Below are positions 28,801 through 38,168 of a stretch of 64,000 nt of DNA, one piece after another. Position 1 is the stretch's first letter. Every line of letters starts with the position of its first letter. The DNA comes from a virus (taxonomy: Duplodnaviria; Caudoviricetes). The stretch spans positions 658 to 64,657 of IMG/VR virus record IMGVR_UViG_3300010163_000022, one strand, 5' to 3'. The notes beneath the pieces were generated by a model, which saw only the letters and a list, made by a program, of their open reading frames with translations, was not told the DNA's origin and did not search any database. Made by a program: the position numbers and the translations under genes.

Positions 28801-31067
28801 ATAATATTAATGCTGAAGCTAGAAAAATGATTTTAGAAGGCAATCAAGATGAAATATTAAAATTATTAAATGATTATAATCCAAAATGGCAAGACGCAGG
28901 ACAATCATTAGCGGATAGTTTAATAAATGGTCTAAATTCTGAAAAACAAACAGTAGGAGAAGCAGTCGAAGAAGCTTTAGGTTTAAAAGAAATAATACCT
29001 GAACAAAAAGCACAATTAGCAGAATTAAATGAACAAATAAAATTAATGGAAGAAGAAATTGAATACCTAAATGAATTAAAAAGTGAAGCAGATAATAAAA
29101 AATCTTCATCTAAATCTAAAATGAGTGTCGATGATAAAGCTTTATCTCAAATAGGTTTAACTTCTGAAGATATTGATGCAATGCAAGCAAATGCAATAAA
29201 TTTAGATGATAATGAAGAAAATAATGAAAACAATAACTTAGAAAATTCTGATCAGCAAGATAATGATTTATTTAGCGATTTAAATACTGATAATCTTACT
29301 GATTTTATTAATAAAAATGAAGAAATAGTAGCTGAAACAAAAAATATTTGGTCTTCTATGGGAGATTGGTTTAAAAATACATGGAATAGTATTTGTTCTT
29401 CATGCCAAAATATCTGGGATAATATTAAAAATTATTTTAATTCTTTATGGATAGATATATGTAATAATTGTAATAATGCTTGGAATGATTTTAAACAAAG
29501 TTGTATAAATTATTGGAATAATATTGCTAATTCATGTAAAAATATTTGGAATAGTATTACTACTTATTTTAGTGATTTATGGGATACTATTGTTATTTAT
29601 TTTATGGCTGCATGGGATAATATTAAAAATAATCTTTCTAATGTATGGGATAGTATAATTCAAACTTGTAAATCTTTATGGGAACCTATAGAACAAACTT
29701 TCTCAGAAATATGGAATGAAATATCTACATCAGCTATTAGTGCTTGGAATGAAATAAAATCAACTTTACTTTCTATATGGAATAGCATTGTTAATTCTGT
29801 AAATTCAATTTTTAGTAAAGCAACATCAATTTTAACAAATATATGGACTATAGCTAAAAATGTAGTAGTTTCTATATGGAATTATATTACTCAATATTTA
29901 AAAGCTATATGGGATGCTTTAGTAATAACATGCTCCCCTATTTTTGAAAAAATATCAAAAATAATTACAGATATTTGGACAAAAATAAAAAATATAACTT
30001 TAAATATATGGGAAAGTATAAAATCTGCTTTATCTAATTTATGGAATGAAATAATAAACATTATAAATAATATTTGGTCACCAATAAGTTCTTTTTTTAA
30101 TAAATTATGGACTGAAGTATCTCAATCTTTTATTAATATTTGGAATAATATTAAAAATACTATACAAAAAATCTGGGAAGAAATAAAAACTTTAGCTAAT
30201 AATATTTGGACATCAATCAAAAAGTTTTTTGAAACAACTTTAGCTTCAATTACTTCTACTTTCAAAAAAAATTGGAATGATATAAAAACTTGGATAACAA
30301 ATATTTTAAATTCTATAAAAAATACATTTTTGAATATATGGGAAAATATAAAATCTAATATTATAAATATCTGGACAACAATAAAATTAACTGCTATAGA
30401 TATTTGGACATCAATAAAAAATACTTTAATACAATTAGTAACTACTATTAAAATAACAATAGTAAATTTATTTACAAATTTAAAATCAGTATCAATAAAT
30501 ATTTTTAATAATTTAAAATCTACAATTACTAATACTTGGACTAATTTTAAAAATTTAGTAGTAAATACTGTAACTTCTATGGTTTCTAAAATAGAAAATG
30601 CTTTTAATAGATTAAAAACTACTGTTAGTAATATTTGGGAAGGTATAAAATCAAATATAAAAACAGTAATTAATGGAATTATAGGAATTATTAATAAATT
30701 TATAGATGGATTTAATATGCCTGCTGAGGCTTTAAACTCTATTCCAGGAGTAAATGCTCCTATAATTAGCCATATTCCTATGTTAGCTAAAGGTGGAAGT
30801 TTATATGGAAATGGTAATGCTATTGTTGGGGAAGCAGGACCAGAATTATTAACAAAAAGTGGTTCTAATTTAAAAGTAACTCCTTTGTCAGGAAGAGACA
30901 AATCACTATCAAGTCAAGGATTATTAAATAATAATTCAATAAATGGAGTTATTGAAGTTCCTGTAACTTTAGATAGTAAAATTATAGCAAAAGTTATTGC
31001 TCCTATGATTGATGTTAAAATTAAACAATCAGCAGATCAAAAATCAAGAGCAAAAGGAAGGTGGTAA
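25827..31067 (+). CDS. Tape measure protein, TP901 family
   Basis: EFEAAMSRLGA..GATTQYSATESALAM.ELAKAG; Trp-periodic repeats; coiled coil; IPMLAKGG..IVGEAGPELL C-terminus. Confidence 0.95.
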   Translation: MSLIVKIGADDREFQRAMSRLTSDTNNVGNSLIKVGKKLTTALTVPIAGLGAGVVKLGSEFEAAMSRLGATTSATSETLEKLNKVAMNMGATTQYSATESALAMNELAKAGFTAEQAMDAIGGTLSMAAVEQMDLAEAAQITSKIINGMQMEATEASHVADVLSKTSNETATSISSLGAAFAPVASFASQLGVEFEDLAAAIGISANAGNDGAVAGEKLMAVLRNIAAPSAKAKKMQNALNMEFFNSEGVMKSLPELIDEIKTKTNGMTDAQKAAALKISFGTESLAVLLPLLKEGGQAISDYSAELSKSNGYADTAKEKINDNLIGSLKLFVSALETAAISLYNNIGPAIKAVVDAVTSIISAFAQLSPSIQQNIILIAGLLAAWGPLVSIIGTAVKAFGAIKAAITMAKAATTAFGAVSALLGGPINLIAAAILALIAVIVLLVKNWDKVKEVTINCWNSIKEFMSPICEGIANIVSSAWNKIKEITEKVWNWIKNFLSKWGTTILAFIVSPIAGIVLVISKNWNKIKEVTEKIWTSIKDFLSKILNTILVPFKTVFEAIKNIVEKAWNGIKNVISTIINAIVSFIKGKINGIKILIQGAMDFIKNIFETGFNAVKITIETIWNNIKTIFQTGVNILKNIIKIFTSAFKGDWQGVKQAVLAIINSIKNLFSVLVGNAVSWGKNLMQGFLNGLSGTMKIVINTVKNFVMNIINTFRNILKIHSPSEVTTEIGEYTGEGIEKGLIKSKEKAKEAAEELAKGVEESLDINTSKFEKMCDALTEAIKKSYEEQKDIQSKSLEAQLKAEEKASDERIKIYDKEYNEKLKLLDEEAYKKQQSIQAQIDEIEAQTEAEEKALEEQEYQQKLIDLKKQISTAKSEAATNKAKAENAEEQKKIEKELAEEIAKINKDIKETIADRERKLLLEQRNEQKEALKAQIDEIKDSIDKKKEIMKEEYDKFKENENNKLETFKEENNKQKEELEKHYEEILNDDNINAEARKMILEGNQDEILKLLNDYNPKWQDAGQSLADSLINGLNSEKQTVGEAVEEALGLKEIIPEQKAQLAELNEQIKLMEEEIEYLNELKSEADNKKSSSKSKMSVDDKALSQIGLTSEDIDAMQANAINLDDNEENNENNNLENSDQQDNDLFSDLNTDNLTDFINKNEEIVAETKNIWSSMGDWFKNTWNSICSSCQNIWDNIKNYFNSLWIDICNNCNNAWNDFKQSCINYWNNIANSCKNIWNSITTYFSDLWDTIVIYFMAAWDNIKNNLSNVWDSIIQTCKSLWEPIEQTFSEIWNEISTSAISAWNEIKSTLLSIWNSIVNSVNSIFSKATSILTNIWTIAKNVVVSIWNYITQYLKAIWDALVITCSPIFEKISKIITDIWTKIKNITLNIWESIKSALSNLWNEIINIINNIWSPISSFFNKLWTEVSQSFINIWNNIKNTIQKIWEEIKTLANNIWTSIKKFFETTLASITSTFKKNWNDIKTWITNILNSIKNTFLNIWENIKSNIINIWTTIKLTAIDIWTSIKNTLIQLVTTIKITIVNLFTNLKSVSINIFNNLKSTITNTWTNFKNLVVNTVTSMVSKIENAFNRLKTTVSNIWEGIKSNIKTVINGIIGIINKFIDGFNMPAEALNSIPGVNAPIISHIPMLAKGGSLYGNGNAIVGEAGPELLTKSGSNLKVTPLSGRDKSLSSQGLLNNNSINGVIEVPVTLDSKIIAKVIAPMIDVKIKQSADQKSRAKGRW

Positions 31068-31071
31068 TAAA

Positions 31072-31824
31072 ATGGAAATATTATATAATGATTTTAATTT
31101 ATCTTCTATTGGAAGAGTATTAGAAGTTCAAAGGCCTTTAATGCCTACTCCTGCTTTAACTACAGGAAGTATACCTGGAAAAGATGGCTCAATTTTATAT
31201 TATAAACAATTTTCATCTATAAATATTTTAGTAAAATTACTTATTACTACTAAAGATGTTCAAGAATTAAGACAAAAAATAAGATTATTATCTTCAAAAA
31301 TAAACTATAATGAACCTAAAAAATTAATTTTTAATGATGAACCTGATAAATATATTAATGCAATTATTTCTGATGGAATAAGTCTAGAAGAAATTGCATC
31401 TTATGGTAAATGTACTTTAGATTTTTTATGTACAGATCCTTATTGGTATGCCGTAGATGATGATATAATAACTATTTTTAAAAAAGGACAAACTATTTTT
31501 AATAGACAGGGAACTGCTATATCATATCCAATAATAGAAGTTTATGGAGCCAGTAATAATAATGGAAGTTTTATTATTTCTAATGAAGAAACTACTGTGA
31601 CATTTACTGGAGAATTAAAATTAAATGAAAAATTAATTTTAGACTCTGATTTAATGACGGCTTATATTTTAACTTCAAATAATGAAAAAATCTCAGTAAT
31701 TCAAAATTTAGATTTATTAGATTTTATAACTTTAAATAATGGAGAAAATAAAATAAATATTAACACATTAAATGGAGCTTCTTTAACAAAAGTAATTATA
31801 AAATGTAAATCTAGATGGTTATAA
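31072..31824 (+). CDS. Distal tail protein (Dit)
   Basis: LIFNDEPDKY.NA, FLCTDPYWY, GTAISYPIIE; ATG 31072 follows a GGAAGGTGG RBS. Confidence 0.88.
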   Translation: MEILYNDFNLSSIGRVLEVQRPLMPTPALTTGSIPGKDGSILYYKQFSSINILVKLLITTKDVQELRQKIRLLSSKINYNEPKKLIFNDEPDKYINAIISDGISLEEIASYGKCTLDFLCTDPYWYAVDDDIITIFKKGQTIFNRQGTAISYPIIEVYGASNNNGSFIISNEETTVTFTGELKLNEKLILDSDLMTAYILTSNNEKISVIQNLDLLDFITLNNGENKININTLNGASLTKVIIKCKSRWL

Positions 31825-31908
31825 AATATCGTACATTATTTTATGACAAGTATATAAATATATTATAAAATAAAAATAATTTATAAATTATTAGAAAGGA
31901 AAATATAA

Positions 31909-33363
31909 GTGAGTACTAATTTTAGCTATTTATCTTCTATTGATTATAAGAACTTAAAAAATAGTATTAATCAAATAAATAGTAAAATAGGTCCTCGTCC
32001 AATAATTTTAGATGAAAATTATAAAGCATTAGCTATAATAAATAATATTATTAACGCTGAATTAAATCAAGAATTAAATAGTATAGATGAATTTTCTTTT
32101 AGTATTTCTTATAACGATCCTAAAAAAGAATTTTTAAAAAATGAAAATTTAATACAGATGTTTGATACCATATATATAATTAGAGAGATAACTAAAATCA
32201 AAAATTCATCTGAACTTACTTTAGAAGTTTATTCTGAGGCTTTATGGTATGATATCCAATTTACTGATCCTCTTACAGTAATTTCTTGGACTAAAAAAAC
32301 GGCAAATCAAATGATTAAAGATATTTTATCAAAAACAGATTGGACAATTGGAACAATAGATTTTACTAATTCTAAAACATTAACTTTAGATGAAAATAAT
32401 ATTAATCCATTAAGTGCTTTATATGAAGTAAAAAATCTTTTTGATGGAAATTTAGTATTTGATACAAATAATAAAACAGTTAGTTTATTAAAAGAAAATG
32501 AAAAACATTCAGGAGCTTCAATTATTTATAAAAAAAATATTGAGTCTATAGAAGCAAAATATGATACAAAAGATTTAACAACTAAACTTTATATTTATGG
32601 TAAAGATAATTTATCAATTGATAGTATAAATGAAGGAAAAAAATATTTAGAAAATTATACTTATACTTCAAAAAAACGAGTTAAAGTTTTAAAAGATGAA
32701 AGATTTACAGATAAATATCATTTACTTGAATATGGTTATCAACAATTAGAAAAATTAAGCAAACCTAAAATAAGCTATAAAACTACTGCTTTAAATTTAA
32801 AAAGTTTATCAGGATTAAGTCATGAACAATTCTCTATAGGAAGTATTATACGAGTCTATGATAAAGAACTCAATTTAGATATTAATACAAAAATTACAAA
32901 ATGGGTTTATAATATTGTAGAGCCATGGAATACGAAAATTGAACTAGAAATATCAGATGAAAGTGTTTCAAGTTTTCTTTCTGAAAATTTAAATTCAGAA
33001 AATTATAATAATGAAAATTTAGAAACTTCTTCAGGATTTAATTTACTTATGAATTCTAGAGCTGATGATGGATTTGCTTATTGGGAAAATGATGGATTTG
33101 AAATAGATGACCAAATAGGATTAACAGGTTGGTCAAGCTTCAAAACAATTATTGGTTCAGATAAAATAAAAACTTTATCTCAAACAATATATCCTTCTAC
33201 TAGAGAAAATTATACGGTCAGTGGATATTTAAGTTTGCCAGATGATTATATTTACAATTCTAGTGCTAAGATAGGTATTGAATTAACTATAAATTATGAA
33301 GATGGAACTAATGAAGTTATTTATATTCCTTTCTTAGGACAAGGAGCTGAAAATAATGAATAA
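31909..33363 (+). CDS. Baseplate hub / Tal-like minor structural protein with a C-terminal half jelly-roll
   Basis: IIYKKNIESIE...TTKLYIYGKD, GSIIRVYDKEL; C-term NLLMNSRADDG..YW..LSQT..YTVS..YEDG. Confidence 0.85.
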   Translation: MSTNFSYLSSIDYKNLKNSINQINSKIGPRPIILDENYKALAIINNIINAELNQELNSIDEFSFSISYNDPKKEFLKNENLIQMFDTIYIIREITKIKNSSELTLEVYSEALWYDIQFTDPLTVISWTKKTANQMIKDILSKTDWTIGTIDFTNSKTLTLDENNINPLSALYEVKNLFDGNLVFDTNNKTVSLLKENEKHSGASIIYKKNIESIEAKYDTKDLTTKLYIYGKDNLSIDSINEGKKYLENYTYTSKKRVKVLKDERFTDKYHLLEYGYQQLEKLSKPKISYKTTALNLKSLSGLSHEQFSIGSIIRVYDKELNLDINTKITKWVYNIVEPWNTKIELEISDESVSSFLSENLNSENYNNENLETSSGFNLLMNSRADDGFAYWENDGFEIDDQIGLTGWSSFKTIIGSDKIKTLSQTIYPSTRENYTVSGYLSLPDDYIYNSSAKIGIELTINYEDGTNEVIYIPFLGQGAENNE

Positions 33364-34888
33364 TTTTGAACGTATTTTTAAAAAAATTACTCCAAAAGAA
33401 AATCTTAAAATTAAAAATATTAAATTCAAATTAAAAGTAGAAAATGATAATCAAGAATACCATTTTACAGATTTAATGTTTCAAGAAGGAGCAAATTTAG
33501 CACCTTGGATTGAACATACTTCAGAAATGTATCGAACTAAAGCTCCTAGAGTAGTTATTAGATATAGAGATATTACTAGGTATCAAGATATTTCTGATTT
33601 ATTAGTACTTCAGGGAGCTAATGGTGGAGAAGATTTAAACTCTATTTTAAGCTCTATAAAAGATGTTTTTGTTCAAATTTATAATACAATTAAAAATAAA
33701 GGGATAACAATAAAAGATGATAAATTATCTAGTATAATTGAAGCAATTAATAATATTCAAATATCAACTTCATCATTAGATGCTATAGCAGCAGCTCTTG
33801 TTTCTAATGAAGCTTTTGGAATAACAAGCTGCCAATCTACTGAAAGTGCTATAATAGATGTTATTAGTAGTCATACTTGCAAAGGATCTGATACTGAACA
33901 ACAAACTTTAGAAGAAATACAACAAGCTTTAATTGAACGTGGTGTAGAAGTTAATGATGCTAAAAAGATTATAATTTTGTCATCTATTTCTACTATGCTT
34001 GATGGAATTTGTGATGCATTTGAGTTGAAAGGATTTGGAAGACCAAATAATGATATTCCAAGTATTATAGATTTTATTAATTCAATTTCTACAGAAAATT
34101 TAGATTTAGTTCCTATACAAGAAAAATTAAATGAAATGGGTTGGATTACAAGCGAAGCTACAGTAAATAGTATTCTAAATACTCTAAATAAAACTATATT
34201 GTGTACAGAATGTAGTCATAATAATTGTTATTATATTCAAGAAGAACAATATCCTGCAGTGGAAAAATATCCTGACCCGACTGATCCAACAAAATTAGTC
34301 GATCCAACTATTCCAGGTAGAGGTTGTAAAGAATATGCTAATTGTTTATTTTTAGATAGTTCAGTTACTTTTTGGGTTGAATATGGTGAAGGCGCAAAAT
34401 TTGATATTCAAATAGTGTATGCAAAACAAGGACCATTTTCAACCAATGGAAATTCAAAATTTGATTTAGAATTTAATACAGGAATTTATACTGAAAATAT
34501 TGGCGATTTTTTAGGCTATTGTAATAATACTGGATTTATAATTAATCTTCTTGAAGGAAATGATAATGAAATACTAACTAAAAACTTTACTTATACTACT
34601 ACAGGATATCAAGAAGATTTGGCTGAAGCATTAATGCAATTTCCTGATGCTGTACCAGCAGCAATTTTTACTGTTAATACAGAGAATATTAATTCAACTA
34701 CCTATAAATTTTGGATATATAAATTAATTATTACTTCTTATGGAGTAGATGGAGAAACTACCGAAGTTTTATATAATGATTATCCACAAGTTGATATAGG
34801 AGAAAAAGTTACTTTTACTGATACCGAAGTAGGAACAGTAGATATTGGACCAGATTATGCAATTGCTCCTTGGAAAAGATATGAATAG
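33356..34888 (+). CDS. Tail/baseplate protein with helical fibre-like repeats; possible receptor-binding protein
   Basis: N-term FERIFKKI..FTDLMFQEG..W; about 5 repeats of the type L..I..AI..KG; beta-rich C-terminus. Confidence 0.6.
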   Translation: MNNFERIFKKITPKENLKIKNIKFKLKVENDNQEYHFTDLMFQEGANLAPWIEHTSEMYRTKAPRVVIRYRDITRYQDISDLLVLQGANGGEDLNSILSSIKDVFVQIYNTIKNKGITIKDDKLSSIIEAINNIQISTSSLDAIAAALVSNEAFGITSCQSTESAIIDVISSHTCKGSDTEQQTLEEIQQALIERGVEVNDAKKIIILSSISTMLDGICDAFELKGFGRPNNDIPSIIDFINSISTENLDLVPIQEKLNEMGWITSEATVNSILNTLNKTILCTECSHNNCYYIQEEQYPAVEKYPDPTDPTKLVDPTIPGRGCKEYANCLFLDSSVTFWVEYGEGAKFDIQIVYAKQGPFSTNGNSKFDLEFNTGIYTENIGDFLGYCNNTGFIINLLEGNDNEILTKNFTYTTTGYQEDLAEALMQFPDAVPAAIFTVNTENINSTTYKFWIYKLIITSYGVDGETTEVLYNDYPQVDIGEKVTFTDTEVGTVDIGPDYAIAPWKRYE

Positions 34889-34899
34889 GAGGTTCTCAT

Positions 34900-35502
34900 A
34901 TGCCTAACATTCAAAGATTTTTTAAAACTATTTCTCCATCAGATACTAGCCAAAATATATATAGTATAGATTTTAAATTAGTAATAAAAGATAATATAAA
35001 TTTAAATAAAAAAATTAATGCTTTAGATTTATCTTTACAAGAACAGGATAAATTAAGTCAATTTGAAACTCATATAGCAGATAAAAATGAAATACAAAAA
35101 AATTATACATTTTTTAATGGTATAATTCATAAAGAAGATACTATAATAATTCCTTATAGTTCAGAAATTGATAATAATAAAAATAAACTAACTACTTATT
35201 TAGATTGGATAATAAAAGTTAATAAATTAATTTTAAATAATGATTTAGAAATAGGATGTAGAAGAAGTAATAAAAAATTTAAAATAAATTCAATTTTATC
35301 AGAAGCAGATGAATTATATATAAAAGGTAGTACTTCTGAACAGTTTTTAAATAATAACAATTCTTATTATATTGATAATTCTTATTTAAGAGTAGCTAAT
35401 TGGAATAATACTTTTTATATTAAATGTAATCAAAATTGTTATTTAAATTTTATTATAGGTTATTATGATAATTTAAAAACTGAAGGAGAAATATTATTAT
35501 GA
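34900..35502 (+). CDS. Tail/baseplate hypothetical protein with an N-terminus paralogous to the previous ORF
   Basis: IQRFFKTI..IDFKLVIKD..DLSLQEQ resembles the N-terminus of 33356; AGGAGG RBS. Confidence 0.6.
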   Translation: MPNIQRFFKTISPSDTSQNIYSIDFKLVIKDNINLNKKINALDLSLQEQDKLSQFETHIADKNEIQKNYTFFNGIIHKEDTIIIPYSSEIDNNKNKLTTYLDWIIKVNKLILNNDLEIGCRRSNKKFKINSILSEADELYIKGSTSEQFLNNNNSYYIDNSYLRVANWNNTFYIKCNQNCYLNFIIGYYDNLKTEGEILL

Positions 35503-37400
35503 ATATGTGCTGGATTGACTCAAATAATAGTCAAATATATAATTGCTTACAAAAATATTCTAATAAAATGGGTCAAATTGGAATATGCAATTTTTTTATA
35601 AATAAAAATAATTTAATTGAAAATAATTTTAATAATGAATTAAATCAAATTATTTTAAAAAATAATAAAGTAAAATGGCTATTAACAATTCAAAATAAAT
35701 CAAAAGAAGCAATTATTAATTTAATAAACAACGAAGATAATCAAAATAATTTTTTAATTCAATTAGAAAATTTGCTTAAGCAATATTGTGTTAATGGAAT
35801 AGACTTAAGATTTAAAAATTGTGGAGGCATAGAAAATCAAAATAATATTAAAAATTTTTTTAATAAAGTATATAACTTTTTGAACAAAAAAAAGTATATA
35901 TTAAATATTTGTTTGCCTCCTATAACTAAAGCTAATAATTCTATTCATAATGAAAATTGGTGTGCATATGAAGATTATATTAATTCATTAGATACTGTTT
36001 CAATTATGAGTTGTGACAATATTTATTCTTATTCAAATAAAAATGAATTAGAAGGAATTTGTCCTAAAAATTGGTTAAACAAAATATGTAGTTATGCTTT
36101 AAAATGTTTTAATTCTAATCAAATTTTATTAGGAATTAATATTCAAAGTTTAAATTATTCTTTAAATAATCAAGATATAAATAAAAATCTAAATTTTGAT
36201 AGTTATTATGAAGCTATAGATTGGATATATGGAAATAAAAATTATAATAATATTTTAAATAATCAAAATCAAAATTATATACCATTTATATCTTATTTAA
36301 ACGAGAATGAAAAATATTGCTATAGTTTACCTTATATTTATAATTATATAAATCCAAATTATTTTTTAAAAATTGATAATAAAATTAGTCAAGGAGAAAT
36401 ATATATAAGACCTTTTAAAGATAAACAGAATAATTTTATTTTTCCTAATAAATATTGTATGATTTTTGAATTTTTAAGACAAGAACCTAGAAATTTAGAA
36501 CTTTGGTTTGATAATTGGACAAAATATAATAACTTAATAAATTTAAATAACTATTATAATATTCAGGGTCAATGGACTATAGCTGATAATTCTTATTTAA
36601 AAGGTCAAGGACAATTAATATTAAAAAATAATGAATTTAATAATGGAAAAGTTACTATTTCAATTAAATCTAAAACAGGATTAATAGGACCTACTTACGA
36701 AAATTACTGGGCTTGTTGTGATTTTGAAAATAATCAAATTAAGCTTTTTTATAATAATAATTTAATACAAACCATATCAGAAAATTTAAATAAAAATAAT
36801 ATTAATATTATTTCATTACAAGTAAGAGAAAATTCAATAAGAATTTATTATAATAATAATTTAATTATAAAAGTTAATAATTTATTTTCTTCTATTGGTT
36901 TACCTGGATTAAAATCTTTAGAAACTTGTGAAATAAATTATCTTCAATTTTCTGATGCGTGGATTTATAAGCCTCAAGAAAGTTTTAATATTTTTATAAA
37001 TAATAATAACTATGAAATAGGACGTATAAAAAGAACAAATATTGAATGGAATAAAAATAATAATACTTTTAAGTTAACTAAAGATATAGAAGAAAAAGAA
37101 ACTCGAATAGAAACAATTTCTAATAAATATATTTTTAAAACTTTAAATAACTTAGATTTTGAAATAAATAAATTAATAAATTTTAATTATGAAATAGAAG
37201 ATAGCAATGTAAATTTAAGAAAAATTTATATAGGAGATGATAATGGATGTAGTATAATATTTTATAATGATGCGAATATCCTATCTTATTGGAATAATCA
37301 AGTTAAACATAAATATAATATGCTTGGAACTTGTATAGATAATTTAGGAAAAGAAGACAAAAGAATTTGGGATATATTACCAAATTATATAAGTACTTAA
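35499..37400 (+). CDS. GH18-like (chitinase-fold) tail protein with a degenerate catalytic motif and an inserted beta-sandwich
   Basis: NGIDLRFKN at the DGxDxDxE site, DTVSIMSCD, QILLGI, terminal W..Q.K..YN..G...D.LG.ED.RIW. Confidence 0.7.
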   Translation: MNMCWIDSNNSQIYNCLQKYSNKMGQIGICNFFINKNNLIENNFNNELNQIILKNNKVKWLLTIQNKSKEAIINLINNEDNQNNFLIQLENLLKQYCVNGIDLRFKNCGGIENQNNIKNFFNKVYNFLNKKKYILNICLPPITKANNSIHNENWCAYEDYINSLDTVSIMSCDNIYSYSNKNELEGICPKNWLNKICSYALKCFNSNQILLGINIQSLNYSLNNQDINKNLNFDSYYEAIDWIYGNKNYNNILNNQNQNYIPFISYLNENEKYCYSLPYIYNYINPNYFLKIDNKISQGEIYIRPFKDKQNNFIFPNKYCMIFEFLRQEPRNLELWFDNWTKYNNLINLNNYYNIQGQWTIADNSYLKGQGQLILKNNEFNNGKVTISIKSKTGLIGPTYENYWACCDFENNQIKLFYNNNLIQTISENLNKNNINIISLQVRENSIRIYYNNNLIIKVNNLFSSIGLPGLKSLETCEINYLQFSDAWIYKPQESFNIFINNNNYEIGRIKRTNIEWNKNNNTFKLTKDIEEKETRIETISNKYIFKTLNNLDFEINKLINFNYEIEDSNVNLRKIYIGDDNGCSIIFYNDANILSYWNNQVKHKYNMLGTCIDNLGKEDKRIWDILPNYIST

Positions 37401-37426
37401 TTTTAAAAAATATAAGGAGGTATAAA

Positions 37427-37840
37427 ATGAGTATACCTGTATTAAACGAGATGGACAAAATTGCTAATCAAACGCATAACGATTTAATTATTTTTTTTAT
37501 TTTAATTATTATAGCTTTAGTTATTTTTATAATTCCTTTTTATAAATTAATTTTAAAATCTAAAAAAGAAAATAATGAAATACAAATTAAAAAAGACGAA
37601 AATTTATTAAAAATAATACAAGAAAATACTGAAGTATTATCATCTTTAAAAGTAACTCTTGAAAATATTTATAAAAATACTGATTTAACTTTACAAGAAA
37701 TCAATTTAAAATTAATTACTTTAGAAGATGAAAGAAATTCTTTAGATAAAGAAAATTTTAGTATATTAACAATAATTAATAATAAAATAGATAAAATTCA
37801 AGAAGAATTAAATGAATTAAAAAAAAATAGTTTAAATTAA
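37427..37840 (+). CDS. Membrane-anchored coiled-coil protein of the lysis region
   Basis: One N-terminal TM segment; ATG 37427 after AAGGAGG. Confidence 0.65.
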   Translation: MSIPVLNEMDKIANQTHNDLIIFFILIIIALVIFIIPFYKLILKSKKENNEIQIKKDENLLKIIQENTEVLSSLKVTLENIYKNTDLTLQEINLKLITLEDERNSLDKENFSILTIINNKIDKIQEELNELKKNSLN

Positions 37841-37856
37841 GAAAGAAAGTGATAAA

Positions 37857-38168
37857 ATGACTGATAATTTAGATTTTTTAAATAAATTTTTAATTTTACC
37901 AATTTTAGGAATTTGTATTGTTATTGGTTATATTATTAAGCAATCTTTAGATTTTATACCTAATAAATATATACCTTTAATTATGGCATTCTTAGGTTTA
38001 ATTCTAAATATTTGGTTTAATGATTTTAAATTTGATATAAATATTTTATTACAAGGATTAATTAGCGGTTTAGCAAGTACAGGATTTTATGAAACTTTTA
38101 GGAATTTAATAAATAATAGCAATAATAAAAATAATAAAAAGGATGATAATAATGAATATAAATTATAG
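37857..38168 (+). CDS. Holin (Dp-1-like family)
   Basis: ICIVIGYIIKQ..IPNKYIPLIMAFLG..GLISGLASTGFYETF; adjacent to the endolysin. Confidence 0.85.
   Translation: MTDNLDFLNKFLILPILGICIVIGYIIKQSLDFIPNKYIPLIMAFLGLILNIWFNDFKFDINILLQGLISGLASTGFYETFRNLINNSNNKNNKKDDNNEYKL

Noticed and set aside
26620-30901. Minus-strand ORFs inside the tape measure gene (26620, 26942, 28129, 28819, 30122)
   Set aside because: Antisense shadows caused by biased codon use; no family signal
33356-33363. Programmed frameshift fusing Tal to the 33356 ORF
   Set aside because: The downstream ORF has its own AAGGAG RBS and ATG in a normal 8-nt overlap, and no slippery site is evident
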